A DNA stretch of 64,000 nucleotides, taken from the IMG/VR virus record IMGVR_UViG_3300050821_010764, positions 80,801 to 144,800 of that record. One strand, 5' to 3'. Positions 57,001 through 64,000 of the stretch are shown piece after piece. Source of the stretch: a virus. The notes beneath the pieces are model-generated. The model was not told the DNA's origin. It was given only the letters and a program-made list of their open reading frames with translations, and did no database searches. The position numbers and the translations under genes were made by a program. Every line of letters begins with the position of its first letter. The first letter of the stretch is position 1.

Positions 57001-59166
57001 GAGGTTTTCTGTGATACCCAAGGTCATGTTAGAGTTAGACCTCCACAGTACAATAGAATGCCTAGCTCTATTTTTTATCGCATGATGTTTTTAAAGAAGT
57101 CTATGGGCGTTCAAATCTTCCCACAATTCTTGGATGATATCTTTGGAGACCAGATCAATACTCTTAAAGAAAGAATTGAAATCATTGAAGATAAAATTAG
57201 ATTAGACTGCGCAGTATTAGGAATTGGAACTGATAAAGATAGCGACCAAACTGCGGATTGGAAGTGTATTGCCTTTATTACTAACTATGGAGCTGCCGAT
57301 GGCAATGGAGAGCCCTTTAGTTTCCTATCTGAGCCTTCCGGTACTATTACTGATTTAATTGCTGCCAAGGACACCTCTAACCCTGACGCTAACCCCGTAG
57401 ATAAGGTTGATCAAAATAGTCGTACATTTACTCAACTACAGAATCAAGCCACCTCTACCAAAAATGTTTTTACAAACTCTGATAGATTCAAAATCATTCT
57501 ACAAGCCCTGACCAATACTAAACTAGATCTAGCGGGATATGGTATACAGGACAAATCAGCTTTTGCCGTTAATAAAAGGATTGATAACCTTATCAATAGA
57601 CTAAGAGTTAAATCTGGTCAGCAAATACCAAAAACATCTTATCTGGTCACTAGTAGTATTCTAGATAACGGAGTAAATATTCCTGCTGGTCAGTCTATCG
57701 ATGTTTTTAAGACTACACAAGAACTAGCAGATAGTATTAGAGATAGACAAAAGGTTGTTAAATTATTATTTGGTGCAGTTAAAAATTCTATTGAAGCCAA
57801 CTCACTAGATGATGATAGTGATACTGGAAATAACCTATTGACTCCTGGCAATTATGGAAACTCTCATACTCCAGAAATCTTTGAGCATATGATTGAAGAT
57901 GAAAGTTATGATGATTATGGACCTGGTTCTGGCTCTAGGTATATTATCAAACGTGCCCAAATCAAAAGCATTAATATTTCGGAGAATCCACCTGATTTTA
58001 CTATGATTGAAGTAAAGGGTCAACTTAGCCCACTTATTCCTAATGCCTCATTGCCTGGTGATTTGAATTCGTTTCCACAAGGTGGCAATGGTCTAGTAAC
58101 AGCTGCTGCGGTAGATTATGATATGTGGAGAAACTATGGATTTAGAGGGCAAGCCCCAATCAACGTTCCATTTTTAAGTGACCCCAACTCTCAGTGTGCT
58201 CCCTATGCCAGCATGATCCTCAGTCGCGCTCGTAGGAATATTTTAAGAGGCACGGTGACCATCTCTGGTAACGAGTACATGCAGCCCGGCGAAGTAGTTT
58301 TCCTACAAGACCGTAACATGCTATTTTATGTTAGCTCGGTCAGACACAATTTTAGTTTTGGTAGCAGCTTTACTACTACTTTAGAATTAACCTATGGACA
58401 TACTCCTGGAGAATATATTCCAACAACTCTGGATGTTATTGGTAAGCTAATTTATAACAACAGAGATATCTCTAGTTTGACAGTACAAAGACAGTCTAGT
58501 TCCGCCTCTGATAGTAATGTGGGCATTGTCATTAGAGATAGAAATGCGACCTCTCAAGTTAATACGGGAAATGTAACCGATCCTATTACTTCTTTCTCAG
58601 CATCTAATGCTCAAAGCATTAACAATATCTTATATACTACAGCGTATATTATTAACTCCAATAACACTAGGGGTAATACTATTCATGCCACATTGGAGCT
58701 TCGAATTTATCATGATAAGAGCAATCCAATAGATTCTAATTTACAAAGTTTCGCTGATTCGGTTAAAGAACTATTAACCAATCCTAATCTTGGACCTAAA
58801 CAACCTCTTAAAGGTAATACTGGTTCCACTAATGCAGCTCTAAACAAGGATGATGTTGATGTTATTCCAGTTGATTTAAGTGATAATTTGGAACACAGAT
58901 CTCCTTCTCAAAAGGCTTATGATGCGGCTAGAAATCAAGTAAACACTTCTGCTAATAATATTGGCGGAGCTTTATTAGATACGTTAGGAAACATTGCCGG
59001 GGCGGCAGTCGGAGTAGCTCAGGCAGTAGGAGATACGGTTAGCAAATCAAATGGAGCAACACACGAACAAGATAAGTTAAGACAGGCTATATTCAAATAC
59101 GTAGTGGACTGCTGGGTCAAGTTTACTCCTGTAGCACCAGCACAAGCCAAGACTAATGGAATCTAA
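54097..59166 (+). CDS. Baseplate hub protein (gp27/VgrG-like) with large insertions
   Basis: TAATG start; HVFAGIV..V.G.D, LEVFCDTQG.VRVRPPQYN, GTVTISGNEY.QPG..FYV.SV.H.F..TTL.LTYG. Confidence 0.65.
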   Translation: MGFLGDLADQINSQFSVGENTVHSLDDVESGAKYGSLGDFAKHFDQSAERRYVEEGYLRRDPFNTDPKQYEILMQEPNASVLVKKKMFSSINENYRPDYMDKDEKLYYKAMKILFQNKCAQVSSLEKLSKIQKITSTVGSISDQLMPVIISLTDDAGSGFSLGGPGLFGGTNSNGEVGSFTKVIDRIRRLYAFNTTNPLTTWITDPTNLFQSQFGQGTGVIEITNFTNLSTNVGLDIKTPGSFNLTIQDPYEAMLITEYDIERAISDATNSNYNHKIFQFGQQGADQVINDATVRLNQLRSNRKASPITFRVNPDTLLGRRVVAIIDRIGTELPFEYNSGFLGIGGGVKVAASYLFQTGNKTLGDVAGFDGLNVTPENSLGPDSNIRALNPESEFSVFQRLVTAIFSKMQLDANSRGAFVTTNKNTNYARRKLRFHFSGKLIIQPMDTVHIYMNSKSRYDNKLLGGLNNMFTGSGILQNLNKTITDFKNAADTLFNPSGSVNLQAEKASFVGPDFPNFLWSLIRNQFVTEKEGTHVFAGIVQGAEDAWSDGKFTVSVRGTDNSAYFEMGKINFKPGVDVFNGALLDPLTPFKTKFDTITSNAKSQTPELLDENKFLLGVSSDTGSPLVKFKLGPNVGQPVRGDNFIQDVSLDKSSNQVGKIFYAPDGLVYKWKEGIGTLVQFGESINLNDANRTGNPAITKEPFAGQDVMNVISLLITGLPYNFANYWKAVSNFDGFQRDPQSQQDSAYSYYDSLKSDLTKNNIIWGNFIPFKNLSIDEQSFAKSMQGQFRILQNNQDLNSKLQKLAEAQRRANMFSSTDAIAVANKDKFSSQYEKAKSIVSELTTEINSIISRIQKDDQSSSALVLTGGDVSFDFNEFQNGTNPNKQIADAATRRLLRRQINYLTRRMSYNVRANDDKNLFIVDDYYDKDYDIIAYEQALTEGIKLYNNEFTSVKDKIISTSELLNLEVFCDTQGHVRVRPPQYNRMPSSIFYRMMFLKKSMGVQIFPQFLDDIFGDQINTLKERIEIIEDKIRLDCAVLGIGTDKDSDQTADWKCIAFITNYGAADGNGEPFSFLSEPSGTITDLIAAKDTSNPDANPVDKVDQNSRTFTQLQNQATSTKNVFTNSDRFKIILQALTNTKLDLAGYGIQDKSAFAVNKRIDNLINRLRVKSGQQIPKTSYLVTSSILDNGVNIPAGQSIDVFKTTQELADSIRDRQKVVKLLFGAVKNSIEANSLDDDSDTGNNLLTPGNYGNSHTPEIFEHMIEDESYDDYGPGSGSRYIIKRAQIKSINISENPPDFTMIEVKGQLSPLIPNASLPGDLNSFPQGGNGLVTAAAVDYDMWRNYGFRGQAPINVPFLSDPNSQCAPYASMILSRARRNILRGTVTISGNEYMQPGEVVFLQDRNMLFYVSSVRHNFSFGSSFTTTLELTYGHTPGEYIPTTLDVIGKLIYNNRDISSLTVQRQSSSASDSNVGIVIRDRNATSQVNTGNVTDPITSFSASNAQSINNILYTTAYIINSNNTRGNTIHATLELRIYHDKSNPIDSNLQSFADSVKELLTNPNLGPKQPLKGNTGSTNAALNKDDVDVIPVDLSDNLEHRSPSQKAYDAARNQVNTSANNIGGALLDTLGNIAGAAVGVAQAVGDTVSKSNGATHEQDKLRQAIFKYVVDCWVKFTPVAPAQAKTNGI

Positions 59167-59168
59167 AT

Positions 59169-61193
59169 ATGCCAAATCCTAATCTATTAAATGAAGAAGT
59201 CGGTCTATTACGACGTGGTTGGATTGATAGCTATGATCCGGTATCCGATACTCTAGACATCAAATTAAATAATGCGCCCATTACTAGTAACAATCCTGCT
59301 ATTAGTGTGCCCGGTCCACATACCATGTTTTACAATAACGGTATGTTCATTGGCACACTGCCAGTTCCAGGAACTCCAGTAGTGGTAGGACAAGGCAGCG
59401 GAGGGCAATACTATTTCGTTTCTTATCTATCTGAAAATCTGACTGTTATTCCTGAATTAGCATTAGGCGAGATGTTAATACAAGCCAATGAAGATACTAA
59501 AATCACTCTTAGTGAGACATTTGATATTAACATTGGTTCTCATGCGAACAGAATTCACATCAATACCTCCAATAACTATATTAGTACCAATTTCTATAAT
59601 GACTATCATTTTACACAGGCAGTTCGTCGTGTAGATGGTGTTATCAAAAGAGATTTGATTCGTAATACTAATTTTGATCAGAATTCTAAATTGGAAGGTG
59701 ACGATTACGATTCAATATTTTATACAGTACCAATGGATCCTCAGGCTAGTCCAACCTCAGTTATTACTGGGTCTACTAAGAATCCTCCCTTCGTAGAGCA
59801 TAGGGAGATGGTGTATGAATTTCAGTATTCATCCAACGTCAATGACGATCTTAGTGAATCTACGCTGTATAGTGATACTGGCACTAAAAATGTAAACTTC
59901 ACTCTTCCTAATCGTAGAACTAGTCGAGCAGATACTCTCAGTCTGACATTGGCTGCTCCTAATTATTTAATAGAAACCGTTAAGGGAACAGTAGTCGATA
60001 TTTTTGGCAACATTTTAGACCTTAATAGAAGACCACTTCCAATTGGTAAAGAAGGTCAAATCACTATTCGTGCCGATAAGAGCAGTGACAAAGTAAAATC
60101 TTTCCTATCCATTAAAGAACTACAGAGAAGAAGTCTAGCCTATCATTTTGAAATCAATGCCAGAAAAGATCTAACCGGAGCTAATGGACAAGTTCAGTTA
60201 CCAGATATTAATTCAAATGATGACTATTCTAGACCTAGAAGTCGTTTCTTTTTAGATATTGACAAAGAAGGTCAATTCAAACTTAACGTGCCAGCCTCCA
60301 GTGAAAAAGGAAATATTCCATTACTAACTAGGTATGAAAACTATTCTACTTTTGGTCCGGATGATAATAACAATCCTAACAAATTCATTGTCAATGAAGA
60401 TGGAACAGATATTGCTTTAGACTCTTTTGCTCAAGGTAAATCTGTGCCCCATGATACCGGTTCCAAAAATGCCGCTGAAAGAGGAGTTATCGATCTAAAA
60501 GATGGTGATGCTAATGGCGCGCCCATTGATCGAATTGTTAGTACCCAGCTATCTCAAAAAACTCATATTAAACATGGTACTGCTTATCATGACATAACAG
60601 ACACTTGTTTCGTTCATCAATCTACAGATTATGTTGGATATCAATTTATTGATCCGCCCACAGTTAATATAAGTGACCTTACTTTTCCTGGAGATATAGT
60701 TAGCACGACTATCAATGTCTCGGGTGATAAAGCCAATGCAGGCGGTCGTAGTGGTTCCATTAATTTTGATGGGTCTATTGAAATGAATATAGGTGCAAAT
60801 ACTATTGACCGACAATCTTTATGGCTGGATACAGCCGGAGGCACAGTAGCCAATCTTGGTAGAGATAAATTAGGTAGAAGTCTACTAGCATCTACGGACG
60901 GGCACTTTTTCTTACAAGTGGGTAATTTCGGCATAGAAGGAGACAGTCGCTTCGGAGAAAACCTTAATGGACTAATAGATAACATTCTAGATATTAGGGT
61001 ATTAGGTACCGGCGGCGATGTTACCGTAATCAGGTGTGATAAAAATGGCATTACTCTTATGACACCGGGCGCTATGAAATTTCATGCGGGTGGAGATGTA
61101 GTTTTCACTTCAGACAGTGATATAAGATTTGAGTGTGAACAAATGACTATACAAGAAAGAGCAGTAATTAGAGTTGCAGGAGGATCAATATGA
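59169..61193 (+). CDS. Baseplate central spike (gp5/gpV-like)
   Basis: N-terminal OB-like (G.I.SYD..LP.PGT.VVV), beta-strand-repeat C-terminus; follows hub. Confidence 0.55.
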   Translation: MPNPNLLNEEVGLLRRGWIDSYDPVSDTLDIKLNNAPITSNNPAISVPGPHTMFYNNGMFIGTLPVPGTPVVVGQGSGGQYYFVSYLSENLTVIPELALGEMLIQANEDTKITLSETFDINIGSHANRIHINTSNNYISTNFYNDYHFTQAVRRVDGVIKRDLIRNTNFDQNSKLEGDDYDSIFYTVPMDPQASPTSVITGSTKNPPFVEHREMVYEFQYSSNVNDDLSESTLYSDTGTKNVNFTLPNRRTSRADTLSLTLAAPNYLIETVKGTVVDIFGNILDLNRRPLPIGKEGQITIRADKSSDKVKSFLSIKELQRRSLAYHFEINARKDLTGANGQVQLPDINSNDDYSRPRSRFFLDIDKEGQFKLNVPASSEKGNIPLLTRYENYSTFGPDDNNNPNKFIVNEDGTDIALDSFAQGKSVPHDTGSKNAAERGVIDLKDGDANGAPIDRIVSTQLSQKTHIKHGTAYHDITDTCFVHQSTDYVGYQFIDPPTVNISDLTFPGDIVSTTINVSGDKANAGGRSGSINFDGSIEMNIGANTIDRQSLWLDTAGGTVANLGRDKLGRSLLASTDGHFFLQVGNFGIEGDSRFGENLNGLIDNILDIRVLGTGGDVTVIRCDKNGITLMTPGAMKFHAGGDVVFTSDSDIRFECEQMTIQERAVIRVAGGSI

Positions 61194-61537
61194 ACCCAGT
61201 TATTTATCGTAAATTAGTGGCACAGGCTGAAGAAGCCAAAGAACAAGGCATGACCAAACTAGCCGAAGGTATTATGGAGGCTATTGGCTCTGAACCTACA
61301 GAAGAACTTCAAGAGTATTCTTATGCACAATTGCAAGACGACGTTCATCGTGACATGTGGAAATTAGCTACGCACGTCATGAAATACTATAATCTTGAAT
61401 ATGCTGACGTAGAAAAATTAGATAAAACTATTCTAGTCTGGGCATCTAAAGTAGTTGCAGATGTAGAAACTACTTTAGGAGTTGATTCGGTGGTAATAGG
61501 TCCATTAGAGCCTAAGGTGCCGGGCGAAGACAAATAA
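61190..61537 (+). CDS. Small helical protein sharing the head-protein GMT motif
   Basis: GGAGG RBS, ATGA overlap; AQAEEAKEQGMTKLAE. Confidence 0.6.
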   Translation: MNPVIYRKLVAQAEEAKEQGMTKLAEGIMEAIGSEPTEELQEYSYAQLQDDVHRDMWKLATHVMKYYNLEYADVEKLDKTILVWASKVVADVETTLGVDSVVIGPLEPKVPGEDK

Positions 61538-61557
61538 CCTGATATATACAGAATATA

Positions 61558-63747
61558 ATGTGTCCTTGTTCGCCAAATGACGTATCGGTAAATGTTCCAG
61601 AAGGTCCGAGTGGTCCAGCCATTCCGGGATTTGGTATTCCTTTTTCCTTATCTTTGCCGAACCTTAACCCATTTCCAGATGGATTTCCAGAAGATCTATT
61701 AGAATTACTTAATACATTACAGCTATTGATTCCGCCTGGAGCACTCAAGCCTCAACTCAATCCAAACTTCGGTAAAGATGTATTTGATGCCATCATGAAA
61801 CTGCTAGATCAGTTCATGCCTTTCTTGATGTTATACAAATTTTTCTTGCCTATCCTAAATCTTATCATCTGTATCATTGAGGTGCTGTGCGCCCTAATGA
61901 ATCCATTTAAACTAATCAGAGCATTAGCTAGATTGTTTAGAACCTGTATTCCAGAATTCTTGAATTTATTTCCTATCTTCGCTTTGATTATTATGATTAT
62001 CTCGTTGCTACTATTAATTTTGGCTTTGATTGAATACATCATTGCTCAGATTCTTAAGTTTATTAACACTATTTTAAGGAACATCAGAGCATTAGCAAAA
62101 GCATTTAAAAGAAATGCAGCTGGAGCGGTCCTCAAGATTGCTAAAAAGCTAGGCGCCTTGCTATGCGTATTTCAAAATCTGTTTGTTCTATTTGCTATTT
62201 TCAACATCATCATTCAAATCATCAAAGATATTCTTCGATTGATTTTTGCCATTCCACCATGTGCAGATGGTGATCCAAGTAATCAGGATGGTTGCTGCAC
62301 TCCAGATGTATGCCCCTCCATTGTTAAAGGCGAGTATACTAGAACTACCGGCTCTTTCAAATATCTAAGTCAGGTGGGAGTACAAACCACTTTGACCTTA
62401 CCGCCTCCTTTTGGTAATTTTACTTTCAATGTTAGAAACGAAAGCTGGCAGTTATACGACATTCAGCAGCCACAACCAGAACAGTTTAGAAATATCTTTG
62501 ATGCGTACGATGTTGTTATCCTGCCAAAACCTACTTTCTTTCCAACTGATTCGGTCTATTCTGCTACCACTGATCCAAAACAAGCACCATACAAGCTTGA
62601 TTTAAGATTGTTCTATAATCCAGCCAGCTGGAGTAGACCCGGAGTCGCTCGCTTCATTAGATTCAAAGATTGTATTATGACTCATGTACCATCTACTAAT
62701 TTGATTGAGGGAGACGGTAGTATACAAAATGTAAATAATGCGGTGGCATTGCTGGCTGGCGGTTTAGGTTACGAGGATAATGGCACCACCATTTTAACTG
62801 GTTTTCTTCCAGATGGAATAACTCCAAGTGCAGCTCAAGCTACCTTAGAAAACTTCATTCATCAGCCCGCTATAAGCGTACCAAATCCAATTCTATCTAT
62901 CAATGATGGTTATGCCTTCTCCAACATGGAGTATACTTTCAAACCAAATATCGCTCCATTGCTAACTAAGAATCTAGTTACTCTTGGATGTGTACCTGAC
63001 ATTGCTATCAATAGAGGATTCATCAACAACATTTTTGCCCCCGACATTGCCATTAAAACCAGATTGCTTGGGGACACTATCAACGGACCTAACTTCCCAA
63101 ACCCAGCCGCTACTCAACAGTGTTTGGCTAATGCCGTCGCGGCACTTCGAGTCAATATGACTGAGCAGGGCGTGGCTGAATTTCAAGCTACCACCAACCT
63201 ATGCTTGAGCGATCTTCGAGATAAAACCAATCAGGCTATTGGTGATGTCATTACTCTTGGTTTTGATCCGTGCAGAAGTTCTTTTGATGTCACTCCTCCG
63301 GTACAATTTACCAGCAAACCTATTATTGTTTCGGTCCATCTTAACGAAAGAAATGGACTGCCATTAACTAATGGAATTTCCGTGGCTACTGCAACCAACT
63401 TAGCAGCTAGAATTAAACCACACGTCACGTTTGGAGATATCACGCCATTCACCTACGACGGTGCTCAGCTATTTACTGCCCAATTGACCAGCCCTATTCC
63501 GGGCACTGGGCAGATTATGGTGTCATTTGATAATCAGACTTTCTGTACCAATACTTTCCCAAGTGATGTATCTTTGCCACCTACTCACACGTTGCAAGCG
63601 ATAGATTACAGATTCGTCTACACTCCAACTGGTTCTACTATCCCAATCTCCCCAACGGGTCCAGAAGACACCGAAGGAACTCAGCCAAGAAGAGATGCCG
63701 GCGACCAGGCTATCGATGGCGGTACTGGTGGCAAGGATGGTGTCTAA
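61558..63747 (+). CDS. Cys-rich protein with long hydrophobic helices and C-terminal beta/Ig-like domains
   Basis: MCPCSP start; several 20-40 aa Ile/Leu/Phe stretches in roughly residues 85-235. Confidence 0.6.
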   Translation: MCPCSPNDVSVNVPEGPSGPAIPGFGIPFSLSLPNLNPFPDGFPEDLLELLNTLQLLIPPGALKPQLNPNFGKDVFDAIMKLLDQFMPFLMLYKFFLPILNLIICIIEVLCALMNPFKLIRALARLFRTCIPEFLNLFPIFALIIMIISLLLLILALIEYIIAQILKFINTILRNIRALAKAFKRNAAGAVLKIAKKLGALLCVFQNLFVLFAIFNIIIQIIKDILRLIFAIPPCADGDPSNQDGCCTPDVCPSIVKGEYTRTTGSFKYLSQVGVQTTLTLPPPFGNFTFNVRNESWQLYDIQQPQPEQFRNIFDAYDVVILPKPTFFPTDSVYSATTDPKQAPYKLDLRLFYNPASWSRPGVARFIRFKDCIMTHVPSTNLIEGDGSIQNVNNAVALLAGGLGYEDNGTTILTGFLPDGITPSAAQATLENFIHQPAISVPNPILSINDGYAFSNMEYTFKPNIAPLLTKNLVTLGCVPDIAINRGFINNIFAPDIAIKTRLLGDTINGPNFPNPAATQQCLANAVAALRVNMTEQGVAEFQATTNLCLSDLRDKTNQAIGDVITLGFDPCRSSFDVTPPVQFTSKPIIVSVHLNERNGLPLTNGISVATATNLAARIKPHVTFGDITPFTYDGAQLFTAQLTSPIPGTGQIMVSFDNQTFCTNTFPSDVSLPPTHTLQAIDYRFVYTPTGSTIPISPTGPEDTEGTQPRRDAGDQAIDGGTGGKDGV

Positions 63748-64000
63748 TGACCATTCCTAACCAAGTTAATTTTCAATCTTCACAAAATTTTGATATCGAT
63801 ATCGATAAGGTTTATTCAGATTTTGTCCAAGAAATCGATGCCAATCGAAGCGTTGCTAACATCCAAGATGCCTTATCAATTTTTCAATTGGATGTCAAAA
63901 CTATTGCTGGGCTGAATAACTTCTTGAAAATTGAAAATTCGCCGCAGGAAAGCAGAATACATTGTTTTTATCGCCTAATTGGTTTCCCGGTAGTTGATAA
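63747..64000 (+). CDS. Partial hypothetical protein (MTIPNQVNFQSSQNFDIDID...), runs off window
   Basis: TAATG-coupled start, frame open to window end. Confidence 0.65.
   Translation, partial: MTIPNQVNFQSSQNFDIDIDKVYSDFVQEIDANRSVANIQDALSIFQLDVKTIAGLNNFLKIENSPQESRIHCFYRLIGFPVVD

Noticed and set aside
46185-61193. Extracellular contractile injection system or tailocin
   Set aside because: Capsid, scaffold and neck genes are present, so this is a complete phage morphogenesis module
1-64000. Stop-codon reassignment (TAG nearly unused as stop)
   Set aside because: Genes are full length and densely packed under code 11; no genes appear broken by in-frame TAG or TGA

Overview
The window is the virion morphogenesis region of a large (probably jumbo) tailed phage with a contractile tail, AT-rich, standard genetic code, almost all on the + strand. 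Order: C-terminal part of a prohead protease/scaffold gene (runs off the left edge); putative inner-head/core proteins; two paralogous capsid decoration proteins; major capsid protein; a CCA-adding enzyme on the opposite strand; a ~9 kb array of modular Thr/Ser/Gly-rich fibre-like paralogues followed by a GH18-like glycosidase; patatin, collagen-like fibre, HNH and cold-shock genes; neck proteins interrupted by a minus-strand 2H-phosphoesterase/methyltransferase pair; a tail fibre and three tandem Gly-rich adhesin-like paralogues; holin; a 1983-aa tail protein; tail terminator, sheath, tube, frameshifted G/GT chaperone, tape measure, baseplate initiator, hub and spike; a membrane-type protein; and a partial gene at the right edge. 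The most interesting signal is a possible head-cargo system: many head-region proteins share a hydrophobic-x-K-x-[A/G/S] motif (candidate maturation-protease site) and a short helical 'A..(L/F)D..G(M/F)...(A/S)(D/E)' module (candidate head-targeting tag), with membrane-inserting or peptidoglycan-binding segments behind them. The K-x-A motif also occurs on the C-terminal extension of an Acb1/ThpR-like 2H enzyme. Two recurring promoter-like motifs, nested scaffold starts and a second slippery site are also visible. All protein calls rest on motifs and synteny read by eye; no database search was run.
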